In this document: piece by piece, positions 1 through 9,581 of the stretch
Layout: each line of letters begins with the position of its first letter
Position numbering within the stretch: the first letter of the stretch is position 1
Assembly: GCA_049967475.1 (NCBI GenBank)
Contig: JBMFSQ010000021.1
Span: 1-62,760, forward strand
Length of the DNA: 62,760 bases
Source: Chthonomonadales bacterium
GTDB lineage: Bacteria > Armatimonadota > Chthonomonadetes > Chthonomonadales > CAJBBX01
Reading direction: 5' to 3'
Position numbers and translations under genes: made by a program
The notes under the pieces: generated by a model
What the model was told of the DNA's origin: nothing
Database searches by the model: none
Seen by the model: the letters and a program-made list of their open reading frames with translations, nothing else

Positions 1-6
1 GGCTAC

Positions 7-36
7 TTGACAGGCTTCCTCACAGCCACGCATAAT
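7..36 (+). promoter_or_regulatory. sigma70-type promoter TTGACA-N18-CATAAT upstream of the TagA/WecB gene
   Basis: TTGACA at 7-12 and CATAAT at 31-36, 20-35 nt before the candidate starts at 56/71. Confidence 0.6.
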
Positions 37-55
37 ACGGGCCAGAGACTGCCCC

Positions 56-814
56 ATGGCCTGCGCTCCCATGCCGCCCATTGCCGAAGCCCCCATCCTC
101 GACGTCAAAGTTCATCTCGTGGATATGGAACAGACCCTGCGCATCCTCAACGATTACGTTCGCCTTGGAGGGAGCCACCACGTGGTGACCTTGGATGCAT
201 CCATGTGTGTTGCCGCGCGACACGATCCCGAACTTAGGGCCATCGTGCAGTCCGCCGATCTGGTTACGCCCGACAGTGCAGGAGTGCTGTGGGCGCTCAA
301 GCGCGCAGGGTTTCACCTCAAGGAGCGCGTGTCTGGGGTCGAGATCGTCGAGCGGTTGTGCGCTAACTCGGCGGAAACCGGAATTTCCTTCTACTTTTTG
401 GGTTCGGCGCCGGGCGTAGCCGAGCAGGCCGGGAAGCGGGCGCAGCAGCGCTTCCCGGGTTGCAGGATCGTGGGCTGCCACGATGGTTACTTCACTCCCC
501 AGGAGGAACCGCGCATCCTGGAGGAGATCCGCGCAGCCCGCCCCGATGTGCTTTGCGTAGCCTTGGGCATCCCCAAGCAGGAGAAGTGGATTGCCCGGCA
601 CCGCCATGCGCTCCAAATCCCCGTGATGATCGGCGTCGGCGGTACGCTGGACGTTCTCTCTGGCCGGGTGAAACGCGCCCCCACCTGGGTCCGCCGGCTG
701 TCGTTGGAATGGCTCTACCGCCTCGCGCGCAACCCGCGCAAAATCAGCAAGGTCCTCTGCCTTCCCCGCTTCGTCGCCATGGTCCTGGCAGAGGGTCGCA
801 GGTACCGCCCATGA
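56..814 (+). CDS. WecB/TagA/CpsF family glycosyltransferase
   Basis: Motifs ADLVTPDSAGV, RVSGVEI, VALGIPKQE, GVGGTLD, KRAP..LEWLYRL; the start could be 71. Confidence 0.92.
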   Translation: MACAPMPPIAEAPILDVKVHLVDMEQTLRILNDYVRLGGSHHVVTLDASMCVAARHDPELRAIVQSADLVTPDSAGVLWALKRAGFHLKERVSGVEIVERLCANSAETGISFYFLGSAPGVAEQAGKRAQQRFPGCRIVGCHDGYFTPQEEPRILEEIRAARPDVLCVALGIPKQEKWIARHRHALQIPVMIGVGGTLDVLSGRVKRAPTWVRRLSLEWLYRLARNPRKISKVLCLPRFVAMVLAEGRRYRP

Positions 815-1632
815 GGAGCAGGCTGCCCTCGTACCACAATCATACTCGGTGGAGCGACGGTGTGGCGTCCCTGGACGAGTTTGTCGCCGTCGCGTCGGCC
901 TACACCGGCGAAATCGGCATATCGGATCATTTCGTGCTGTCGCCCCACGGTCCCGTGGATTGGTCCATGCCCGTAGAGCGGCTGGCTGATTATACGGATG
1001 CCGTCCTCCGGTGTGCCGCCCCATTCGCTACTCCCCATTCGCCATTCGCCGTTCGCCTGGGCGTGGAGGCAGACTATTTCCCCGAGAGTGTGGACGACGT
1101 TGCGCGGGCGCTGCGGCGCCATCCCTTCGACTTCGTCATCGGGGCCGTGCACTTTGTAGGGCAGTTCCCATTGGATAGCAGGGCAGCGGATTGGGCATGC
1201 CTTAACCAGGAGCAGGTGGATGACGTTTGGCGCAGGTATTGGCGCCTCGTTACCCAGATGGCCCGCACAGGCCTCTTCGATATTGCGGCGCACCTGGATC
1301 TGCCCAAGAAGTTCGGTTACCGGCCCAGCGTTGATTTGGCTGCGGAGGAAGCCGAGGCCCTCGATGCTATTCGGGATGCAGGCATGGCCATAGAGATCAA
1401 TACCGCCGGGTGGGCGCTGCCGGCAGGTGAGCAGTACCCTGCCCAACGGTTCCTGGAAGGTGCTCGAACCCGCTCCATCCCCATCGTGCTGAGCGCCGAT
1501 GCCCATAGGCCGGATCACGCCACACGCTTCTTCGCGCGAGCCATCGGCGTGGCCAGGGAGGCGGGCTATCATGGATCTTGCCGCTTCGTTCAGCGGGCAT
1601 GTATTGTAGAGGATTTCCCTGCGGAGGAATAG
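811..1632 (+). CDS. PHP-family hydrolase, histidinol-phosphatase HisJ-like
   Basis: YHNHT, ISDH, GVEADY, GAVH, AHLDLPK, EINT and SADAH metal motifs; ATG 811 overlaps the upstream TGA (ATGA). Confidence 0.85.
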   Translation: MRSRLPSYHNHTRWSDGVASLDEFVAVASAYTGEIGISDHFVLSPHGPVDWSMPVERLADYTDAVLRCAAPFATPHSPFAVRLGVEADYFPESVDDVARALRRHPFDFVIGAVHFVGQFPLDSRAADWACLNQEQVDDVWRRYWRLVTQMARTGLFDIAAHLDLPKKFGYRPSVDLAAEEAEALDAIRDAGMAIEINTAGWALPAGEQYPAQRFLEGARTRSIPIVLSADAHRPDHATRFFARAIGVAREAGYHGSCRFVQRACIVEDFPAEE

Positions 1633-1757
1633 CGCCGGCGCCGCCAGAAACTACGCGTCAAGGCTTCCGTCGGGCGCGCACAGGTAGGGGGCACGACGGC
1701 GAACTCTGGGAGCCGTCCATCCTGCGCTTGGTGCTTCTCCTGCATCAGGAGGACTTC

Positions 1758-2804
1758 ATGGAGACATACGATCCAAGGAACCTAATAACACGCCAACGCC
1801 TGAAGCAGATCCTGGTACAAGCGCCTGGGCTCTGCATCGCCGTGCTCGGAGATTACTTCCTGGACCGTTATCTGGTGACGGATCCCTCGCTGTCAGAGCG
1901 TTCCATCGAGACTGGGCTGGAAGCTCGCCAGGTTGTGGAGATCCGATCCAGCCCCGGTGCAGCGGGAACGGTGACCAATAATCTGGCTGCCTTGGGGATA
2001 GGATGCATCGAAGCGATCGGCGTAATCGGGGAAAACGGCGAAGGCACGGAATTGCTGCGCGGGCTCACGGCCACAGGCGTGCGCACCGAATACCTTCTGC
2101 GTATGCGGGACCGTTTCACGCCGGCCTACATCAAGCCTATGGTGCGGGAAGGCAAGGTCGAGCGTGAGCTGGAACGCCTCGACATCAAGAACCGCACACC
2201 CTTGCCGGCGGATGCCGAGAGCCATGTGATCCATGCCCTTCAAACGCTCCTGGCCCGCCGGCATCCCCGCCTGAATGGCGTGATCATCGCCGACCAGGTT
2301 CCAGAGGAAGATTGCGGCGTCGTCACCAAACGCGTGCGCCAGGCGTTGGCCCGGCTCGCCGGAACCTATCCCGAAACAATCCTCTACGCCGATTCCCGGG
2401 CGCGCATCGGGCAGTTTCAAAATGTGATCATCAAGCCCAACCAGTCAGAGGCTGCCGCAGCACTCGGGATGGAGCGCATCTCCAGCCTAGAGGAGGCGCA
2501 CCATGCCGGACGAATGTTGGTGGAAAAAGTAGGCCGCACAGTCTTTCTCACGTTAGGGGCCGACGGCATCCTCGTGTGTGATGCGGAGAGCTGTACCCAC
2601 GTGTCAGGTATTCCGGCGGAGGGTCCCATTGACATCGTAGGCGCCGGGGACAGCGCCACGGCCGGTATCGTCACGGCCCTCTGCGCAGGCGCGTCCCCCG
2701 TCGAGGCCGCAGCGCTTGGGTGTCTGTGTGCCCGCATCACAATCACGAAGCTTGGAACCACGGGCACCGCATCCCCGCAGGAGCTCGAGGGGCTTCTGGA
2801 ATAG
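1758..2804 (+). CDS. PfkB-family carbohydrate kinase (RfaE/HldE kinase-domain-like)
   Basis: VLGDYFLD, PGAAGTVTNNL, IKPNQSEA and DIVGAGD anion-hole motif; AGGAGG RBS before ATG 1758. Confidence 0.85.
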   Translation: METYDPRNLITRQRLKQILVQAPGLCIAVLGDYFLDRYLVTDPSLSERSIETGLEARQVVEIRSSPGAAGTVTNNLAALGIGCIEAIGVIGENGEGTELLRGLTATGVRTEYLLRMRDRFTPAYIKPMVREGKVERELERLDIKNRTPLPADAESHVIHALQTLLARRHPRLNGVIIADQVPEEDCGVVTKRVRQALARLAGTYPETILYADSRARIGQFQNVIIKPNQSEAAAALGMERISSLEEAHHAGRMLVEKVGRTVFLTLGADGILVCDAESCTHVSGIPAEGPIDIVGAGDSATAGIVTALCAGASPVEAAALGCLCARITITKLGTTGTASPQELEGLLE

Positions 2805-2925
2805 CCTGCCACCGGTTGCCGCTCCGAAGCGCGGGCGCCGTGTGATCTCCCAACTAAGCCACGGGCGGGCGACCTGCGATCTCCTGCCAAAAGGCGGGCA
2901 GAGCATTCGTTGCCGAGCCGCGCCA

Positions 2926-4350
2926 CTATGCACGAAGGGCTTCCTCTGCTTCCGCCAACTGCCGTTCCACAGCTTGGAGGCCTGTGCCGCCGTAGACGTT
3001 GCGTGCCGCGACACCGGCATCCACGCTCAGAACGCTTAGAGCCTCTGCTTCGAGCTCAGGTGCAAAGGACCTGAGCGCAGCCTCATCGAGGTCTTCCAAG
3101 GCGATGGAGTTTTGGATGCAATAGGACACGATGCGGCCTACTAGGTGATGGGCATCGCGGAAGGGCATTCCTCGCCGAGAGAGCCAATCGGCCAGGTCCG
3201 TTGCCATGGAGAAGTCCCGTTCCGTGGCGCTGCGCATGCGGTCGCGGCGGAAGCGGGCTGTGGAGAGCATGAGCGTGACGGCCGGCAGCACGAGGCCCAA
3301 AGTGTCTACGGCGTCGAAGAGGGCTTCCTTGTCCTCCTGCATATCTTTGTTATAGGTGAGGGGCAGGGCCTTCATCGTGGTGAGCATGCCCACGAGGTGC
3401 CCGCAGACGCGCCCGACTTTGCCGCGCGTCAATTCGGCCACGTCCGGGTTCTTCTTCTGGGGCATGATGCTGCTGCCTGTGGTAACCGTGTCGTCCAGTT
3501 CGATGAAGCCGAATTCCGGGCTGTTCCACAGAATGATCTCCTCCGCGAGGCGCGAAAGGTGAACCATCGTTATGGCGGCCCCCGCCAGGAACTCTAGTAT
3601 GAAGTCCCGGTCGGCCACAGCGTCCATACTGTTTGGAATGGGGCCGTCGAACCCGAGCTCCAGAGAGGTTTGATGGCGGTCTATGGGGAAGGTCGTCCCG
3701 GCCAGGGCTCCGGCTCCCAGCGGGGACAGGTTCGTGCGGCGCCGACAATCGCTGAGGCGGTCCCGGTCCCGTTGCAGCATCCAGAAGTATGCGAGCAGAT
3801 GGTGAGACAGCAGGACAGGTTGGGCGTGCTGCAGATGTGTGGTTCCAGGGAGGATCGTAGGCATGGCGCCGCCTTCCGGATGCAGCTCGCGGCGGGCGAG
3901 TTCCACGAGAGTACTTTGGAGCGCGCGAATGTTCTGGACGAGGTTGTCCACAGCGTCGCGCAGGTAGAGGCGCGTGTCGGTTGCCACCTGGTCGTTACGG
4001 CTTCTCGCCGTGTGGAGTTTCCCGGCTACGGGGCCCAGGCGCTGCCGGAGCAGCACTTCGATTGCTGTATGAACATCTTCTGCATCGGGAGGGAACTGCG
4101 CCTTGCCTGCCGCAAGGTCCTCAGCCAGGAGCCGCAGACCCTCTGCAAGCGCCTCGGCTTCCTCCGATGTAAGGATGCCCTGACGGCCCAGCATACGGGC
4201 ATGGGCGATGGATGCTTGGATGTCGTAAGGCCACAGGCGCGCGTCGAAGCGGAGTGAGGAATTGAGACGGTCTACCGCTTCGTGAGGCGGCGCTGAGAAC
4301 CTGCCGCCCCACAGGCGTGTCGGTTCATCGGGTTGATGAGAAGATGTCAT
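2926..4350 (-). CDS. argH: Argininosuccinate lyase
   Basis: LWGGRF, LHTARSRNDQ, TGSSIMPQKKNPD, YNKDMQEDK. Confidence 0.97.
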   Translation of the reverse strand: MTSSHQPDEPTRLWGGRFSAPPHEAVDRLNSSLRFDARLWPYDIQASIAHARMLGRQGILTSEEAEALAEGLRLLAEDLAAGKAQFPPDAEDVHTAIEVLLRQRLGPVAGKLHTARSRNDQVATDTRLYLRDAVDNLVQNIRALQSTLVELARRELHPEGGAMPTILPGTTHLQHAQPVLLSHHLLAYFWMLQRDRDRLSDCRRRTNLSPLGAGALAGTTFPIDRHQTSLELGFDGPIPNSMDAVADRDFILEFLAGAAITMVHLSRLAEEIILWNSPEFGFIELDDTVTTGSSIMPQKKNPDVAELTRGKVGRVCGHLVGMLTTMKALPLTYNKDMQEDKEALFDAVDTLGLVLPAVTLMLSTARFRRDRMRSATERDFSMATDLADWLSRRGMPFRDAHHLVGRIVSYCIQNSIALEDLDEAALRSFAPELEAEALSVLSVDAGVAARNVYGGTGLQAVERQLAEAEEALRA

Positions 4351-5717
4351 TACAGGTCCCGCCTACAGAACCAGAATAGCGCGAGGACGCACGCCCCCAC
4401 GGTGGGGATGCCGAAGCCAAGAAGATATTTCCAAGGCGTCACCTCGGAGTACACGGCCCAAGAGTCCGGCTCAGACACGGGGGCGCCGGAGGCATCCCGC
4501 ACATCGCGCACGGTTACCTTTACCTGTTCTCCTGCCGGCAGGTCAAGCCCGCTCAAGAGCACCGATCGGGTGTCGGCATTCCACGTGGCATACGCGGGAG
4601 TGCGGATGGATCCCGGGGGGCATTCCACGACGTAGTGTAGGGGATCCTCTACATCTTTGCGGTTCATCTCCGCCGAAAAGGTAACGCGCAGACTTCCGCC
4701 AACGGCTACGCACCGGGTGACCCTCGGCGCCGCAGCCGTGGGGCGATGCGGTGCGCCCGTGGCGGCGCCGGCGGCAGATTGGCTGGGTGCAGAACGATCG
4801 GCTTGGACGGTAACCTCGATGGCATCGGCGGCAGGGCTGATCTCGTTACCGGCCTTGTCGGTGATGCCGCGGGCAGTCACCCTCAATCTCTCTCCTGCGG
4901 GCAGATGAAGGCCGCCCAGGAGCACCGTGGTTTTCGCAGGGTCATACACGGCGGTTTGTGGTGTGTACCGCTCCTTCCCGCGCCCTTCGATAAGGTAATT
5001 GGCGGCCTGTTCGGCGCTCCTTGCATCCAGCTCCTTAGAGAACGTAACCCGGATGCTGGAGGGTTCCGCGTGGGCGTCTATCACCTGGGGCGCGTTGGCG
5101 TCTTTGAGGATGCGAGGAAGGTTCCGCACCAAGCTCGCTGGGGAGAGGTAATCGGCTCCGGCGAAGGTGAAGATCGGCGAGGCTACGTACCAGAGGAGGA
5201 TCAGGCCGATCACGGCAAAGATGGTGCTGTTGAACAGGGTGCTCATGGCAACTCCAAGGGCCGAGAGAAGCAGAACAGCCATTCCTACGATGCCGATGGC
5301 CAAAGCCATGGTGCCCAGAGTCATATCGTTGGCTGCATACCGCCACGCCGCGTAGGCCACAGCCGAGGCGTAGATCAGGTAGACGGAGGTGATCACCAGC
5401 ATCCTCGAAAGGAGCTTCGCGCCGATGTACTGGATGCGCGTGCAGGACCTGCTCAGGATGCTGTCGGCAACGATATCCGTTTCTACGGACACGGACCCCG
5501 CAGCGAGAACAATGATGACGGTGGACCAGATCATCAGGAAGGCATCCAACTGGGTGGCGAGGATGCCGGAGGCGGGCACAGGCATGGTTCTGGCGGCAGC
5601 CAAGGGCGCTCCCACGCTTACCAGGCCGGTAAGCGCCAGCACGATGATCCAGCCTTTGAGCACCCAGCTTCTACTCAGTGAGAGGAGATCGGCTCTCAGA
5701 AGGGCTGTCCATCCCAT
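4350..5717 (-). CDS. ABC-2 type permease with two tandem extracytoplasmic Ig-like domains
   Basis: Several TM helices, an LSRSCTRIQYIGAK motif, two similar ~95-aa beta-rich repeats and a final TM helix; start 5717 or 5759; the stop overlaps the argH ATG (TAATG). Confidence 0.75.
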   Translation of the reverse strand: MGWTALLRADLLSLSRSWVLKGWIIVLALTGLVSVGAPLAAARTMPVPASGILATQLDAFLMIWSTVIIVLAAGSVSVETDIVADSILSRSCTRIQYIGAKLLSRMLVITSVYLIYASAVAYAAWRYAANDMTLGTMALAIGIVGMAVLLLSALGVAMSTLFNSTIFAVIGLILLWYVASPIFTFAGADYLSPASLVRNLPRILKDANAPQVIDAHAEPSSIRVTFSKELDARSAEQAANYLIEGRGKERYTPQTAVYDPAKTTVLLGGLHLPAGERLRVTARGITDKAGNEISPAADAIEVTVQADRSAPSQSAAGAATGAPHRPTAAAPRVTRCVAVGGSLRVTFSAEMNRKDVEDPLHYVVECPPGSIRTPAYATWNADTRSVLLSGLDLPAGEQVKVTVRDVRDASGAPVSEPDSWAVYSEVTPWKYLLGFGIPTVGACVLALFWFCRRDL

Positions 5718-6753
5718 AAACCAGCGTCGGGCTCGTGTTGTAAGCGCGGTTGAAACCATCGGCTTCTTCCATCTCCAGAATGCGAATGAAGGCGTCTTCC
5801 GTTTGGCCCCGTGTCGAGCTGACGGCAACGACGTCAATCGCCAAGTCGGCGGCAGTTGCAAGGATGCGCGCCAGAGGGGCTGCGATGCGCTCCGTGGGCA
5901 CGAACCGCACCTCTAGGAGGCCGCCCTGGCGTTGAAAGCCGGCGACCTCCGGCATCGCTTCCAATTGGCGGCTGAGCTCTTCGAGCGCGCGGTCGGGGCC
6001 ATCGAGTTCGAACTCCACCACATTGCGCCCGATCGTCTGCTTGAGGTGGCGCACAGAGCCGCAATAGATGAGCTTTCCCTCATGCAGGATGCCCAGGTAA
6101 TCGCACACGCGGTCTATATCCGAGAGGATGTGGGAAGACACGACTACGGTTTTGGTGCGAGCGAGTTCGCGGATGAGATCCAGTGTGTACTTGCGGCCTG
6201 CTGGGTCCAGCCCTGCGGTAGGTTCATCCCAGAGGAGAAGATCCGGATCGTTCATAAGGGCGGCTGCGATGCCCAGGCGCGTGGTCATCCCGGTTGAAAA
6301 GCCTTTGATGGGGCGCGCGGCGGCCGGGAGCAGGTCTACGGCCCGGATGAGTGCGGCGAGGCGGGGTTTGCGCTCCTCCGCAGTCATACCATGAAGCTGG
6401 CCGATAAGGTCCAGGTACGTGATGGGGGTCATCATGGGCGGAAGCTTGGGGTTGGTGGGAAGGTACCCCACCCGCCGCCGAAGGTCGGCCGAATTGGGGC
6501 CCACGGGCTTGCCGAAGAGTTCGGCGCGACCTGCCGTAGGGATTTGCAGGCCGAGCAGAAGCTTGAGAAGAGTGGTCTTCCCGGCTCCGTTCGGGCCCAA
6601 CAGGCCAAAGCTCCAACCTTTGCGTACCTGAAGGTTCACGCCATTGACGGCAATGAGGCGGTTGCCGAAGATCTTTGTGAGGTTGCTCGTACGGATGATG
6701 ACGGGCTGGGATGCATCTTCGGCGGAAGCGGGAGGCGAGGAGGCGGGGTTCAT
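5671..6753 (-). CDS. ABC transporter ATP-binding protein (ABC-2 exporter type)
   Basis: Walker A GPNGAGKTT, signature FSTGM, Walker B LLWDEPT, switch SSH. Confidence 0.93.
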   Translation of the reverse strand: MNPASSPPASAEDASQPVIIRTSNLTKIFGNRLIAVNGVNLQVRKGWSFGLLGPNGAGKTTLLKLLLGLQIPTAGRAELFGKPVGPNSADLRRRVGYLPTNPKLPPMMTPITYLDLIGQLHGMTAEERKPRLAALIRAVDLLPAAARPIKGFSTGMTTRLGIAAALMNDPDLLLWDEPTAGLDPAGRKYTLDLIRELARTKTVVVSSHILSDIDRVCDYLGILHEGKLIYCGSVRHLKQTIGRNVVEFELDGPDRALEELSRQLEAMPEVAGFQRQGGLLEVRFVPTERIAAPLARILATAADLAIDVVAVSSTRGQTEDAFIRILEMEEADGFNRAYNTSPTLVYGMDSPSESRSPLTE

Positions 6754-6994
6754 GGCGTGACCTCACTGGGTGTCGGCGCAGATGATGAGGGAACCCGGAT
6801 GCGTTCATGCACCGTGCAAGGGCTAGTCTCCAGGGGAAGCACCCCGTGTCCTTGCCTCAGAACCGCCTTCTGCTGATGCGCTGCGGCTGGAACCTCAATG
6901 GCCCTGGGCGAAGTGTCGGCCGGCTTATCGGCAGGCAACGGTGCGTTATTTGGTCTGCGCCCCGGATGCGTGGTTTGCCGCGGCTTTCCCGGGT

Positions 6995-8221
6995 CTAGGA
7001 ATGCGCGTTGGCCTCTTTGAGCATCCAGTACATACGGGATTGCATCCCGTGCGTCTTTACGATGCCCAGGCTCTCGGATTGATCGAAGGTTTTGCTGTCG
7101 AAGGAGGCCAGATCTTCGCTGTACAAGGCCCACGGGCTTTGGCGGCCTGTAACGATGCAGCTTCCCTTGGCCAGGCGCAATGTGACGGATCCGGTCACCC
7201 GCCGCTGAACCATTCCGATAAATGCCTCCAGGTCTTCCTTCAGCGGATCGAACCAGAGGCCCTTGTAGGCAAGCTCTCCCCATTCGCGGTCTACCTGTGC
7301 CTTGAACTTGAGTTCCGATGCGGTGCACACCAAAGCTTCCAGGGCCCGGTGCGCCGTCAAAAGAACTACGGAAGCGGGGCACTCATAGTTTTCGCGAACT
7401 TTGAGGCCGAGCATGCGGTCCTCCATGATATCAACCCGCCCGACGCCGTGTTCGCCCGCCCATTCGTTGAGGGTTGCCACCAGTGTGAGGGGGTCCATGG
7501 GCTTCCCATCCAGAGACACCGGGACCCCATTTTCGAAGGCCACACTGAGGACACGAGGGGTGTCCGGAGCCTTTTCGAGAGAACGCGTCCAGCGAAAGAT
7601 CTCTTCTGGCGGCGCATAGGAAGGATCTTCCAATCGCCCGCCTTCAATGGATCGCCCCCAAAGGTTCTCGTCCACAGACCAGATGCGCTCCCGCGTCTGT
7701 GCCAGGTCGAGGCCATGGGCTTCTGCGTAGGCAATCTCTTCCAGGCGCGTCCATGGCTCGCGGCGGCCGTTGGGAAGGCGGCGCCCTTCTCGCATGGGGG
7801 CGATAATCTGCAGATGCGGGGTGAGCGTTCGCATCACATACTCGATGCGGAACTGGTCATTGCCCTTTCCTGTGCATCCGTGGGCGTAGGCTTGGGCGCC
7901 CACGCGGCGGGCCACTTCCACGGCTTTGAGGGCGATAAGGGGCCGGGCAATAGCTGTGGAGAGGGGATAACCCTCGTAATCGCCGTTGGCGCGCACGGCC
8001 GGCCAGCAGTAGTTCTCCACGAATTCCGCCCGGGCATCTACAGTGTAGTGTTCCGCCCCGAGGCGCTTGGCGCGCTCTTCGGCTTGAGCGATATCCTCGC
8101 GCGGCTGGCCGACGTCTACGGTGACCGTAACGATATGATCGAAGCCGTACTCTTCCCGCATGAGGGGAATGCACACAGAGGTGTCCAACCCTCCCGAATA
8201 CACCAGAACTACGGTAGACAT
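6995..8221 (-). CDS. argG: Argininosuccinate synthase
   Basis: YSGGLDTS, HGCTGKGNDQ, SVDENLWGRSIEGG, RENYE. Confidence 0.97.
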   Translation of the reverse strand: MSTVVLVYSGGLDTSVCIPLMREEYGFDHIVTVTVDVGQPREDIAQAEERAKRLGAEHYTVDARAEFVENYCWPAVRANGDYEGYPLSTAIARPLIALKAVEVARRVGAQAYAHGCTGKGNDQFRIEYVMRTLTPHLQIIAPMREGRRLPNGRREPWTRLEEIAYAEAHGLDLAQTRERIWSVDENLWGRSIEGGRLEDPSYAPPEEIFRWTRSLEKAPDTPRVLSVAFENGVPVSLDGKPMDPLTLVATLNEWAGEHGVGRVDIMEDRMLGLKVRENYECPASVVLLTAHRALEALVCTASELKFKAQVDREWGELAYKGLWFDPLKEDLEAFIGMVQRRVTGSVTLRLAKGSCIVTGRQSPWALYSEDLASFDSKTFDQSESLGIVKTHGMQSRMYWMLKEANAHS

Positions 8222-8356
8222 GATGCGTATCCTTTCGTCATGCTCTGCTCCGGTCGCATCGGCTCAAACGGACCGGGAGCGCCTGCGCCGTAGATGCGGC
8301 CGGAGCCCAACTGCTGTGGTTCTCGTCAAGGCCCACGGGCGCAGGCCTGTTTCCTG

Positions 8357-9376
8357 CTAGGGGCCCAGCACCAACGCCAGAAGAGCCTGCTGGGCGTAGA
8401 GGCGGTTCTCGGCTTCATCAAAAACGACGGACTGCGGCCCATCCAAAACGTCGTCGGTGATCTCCTCGCCTCGGTGGGCGGGGAGGCAGTGGAGCACGAT
8501 GGCATCCCGCTTGGCATTCGCCAGCAACTGACGGTTCACTTGGTAGGGCCTGAAGGCGGCGAGACGGCGGGATCGCTCTTCCTCCTGGCCCATGCTGGTC
8601 CATACGTCGGTGATTACTACGTCTGCCTCGGCCACAGCGGCGAAGGGATCGTGGCCCACGGTAATGGATGCTGGGTTTCCTGTTGAGGCAGCCAGTGCTT
8701 GGGCCTGGCGAACGATCTCATCATTGGGCATGTATCCTTCGGGGCAGGCGGCGTGAAGTTCGGCGCCCGCAAGAGCGCATCCGAGCAGCAGGGAGTGTGC
8801 CATGTTGTAGCCGTCGCCAACCCAAGCAACGCGGATCCCTTTGAGCCTGCCCTTCTTGCGCAGGATGGTGTACAGGTCCGCCAAAACCTGGCAGGGATGC
8901 TCTCGGTCGCTCAATCCGTTGATGACGGGGATGCGCGCGTGAGCGTGAAGTTCCTGCACCGTATCGTGGCGGAACACTCGTGCCATCACGGCGTCGAACC
9001 ATCGTTCGAGGTTCCGAGCTGCGTCGGGAACGCTCTCGCGCGTGCCAAGGCCGATTTCCTGCGGCCCCAACACAACAGCGAGCCCTCCCATCAATTGCAT
9101 GCCCAGTTCAAAGGTGGCCCGCGTGCGAAGGCTCGGCTTTTCAAAGATGAGGGCGATGCTCTTGGGGTAATCCCACCGCAGCACGTGGGCCCGTGTCTTG
9201 CGGGCTGTTTCCATGGCTCCGGCTACCTGAAGGATGCCTTCGAGCTGGATTGGAGAAAGGTCCGCCATGGAGAGGAGACTGCGTCCACGGAGGGCAAGGG
9301 CGTCTTCGCAGATGAGGGTGCGGGCTGCATCTAACGCGGGCTGGTGCGTGCCGATGAGGTTGCCTAGGGTGTCCAT
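8357..9376 (-). CDS. argF: Ornithine carbamoyltransferase
   Basis: FEKPSLRT, HPCQ, DVWTSMG, HCLP, AENR; within the arg cluster. Confidence 0.95.
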   Translation of the reverse strand: MDTLGNLIGTHQPALDAARTLICEDALALRGRSLLSMADLSPIQLEGILQVAGAMETARKTRAHVLRWDYPKSIALIFEKPSLRTRATFELGMQLMGGLAVVLGPQEIGLGTRESVPDAARNLERWFDAVMARVFRHDTVQELHAHARIPVINGLSDREHPCQVLADLYTILRKKGRLKGIRVAWVGDGYNMAHSLLLGCALAGAELHAACPEGYMPNDEIVRQAQALAASTGNPASITVGHDPFAAVAEADVVITDVWTSMGQEEERSRRLAAFRPYQVNRQLLANAKRDAIVLHCLPAHRGEEITDDVLDGPQSVVFDEAENRLYAQQALLALVLGP

Positions 9377-9581
9377 GGACGGTCTCCGGAACGAGGGTAT
9401 CTCTATTAAACCCTATTTGCCCGGGATCCGGGAACGGCCCGACGCGGATGTCAGTGCCTCAAGTCCCACGGGTGATTGACGGATCCCCTTCGCGCCGTGA
9501 TACCCTTGCAGAGAAGGACAAGGAGCGCTTGCCGTGCCGGTGTTCGCACTGGGCATGGCGGCGGGTGTCCTTTTGGGGTTG

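Noticed and set aside
9476..9506. TTGACG-N19-TACCCT antisense promoter within the arg cluster
   Set aside because: Long spacer and weak -10; no supporting ORF or terminator
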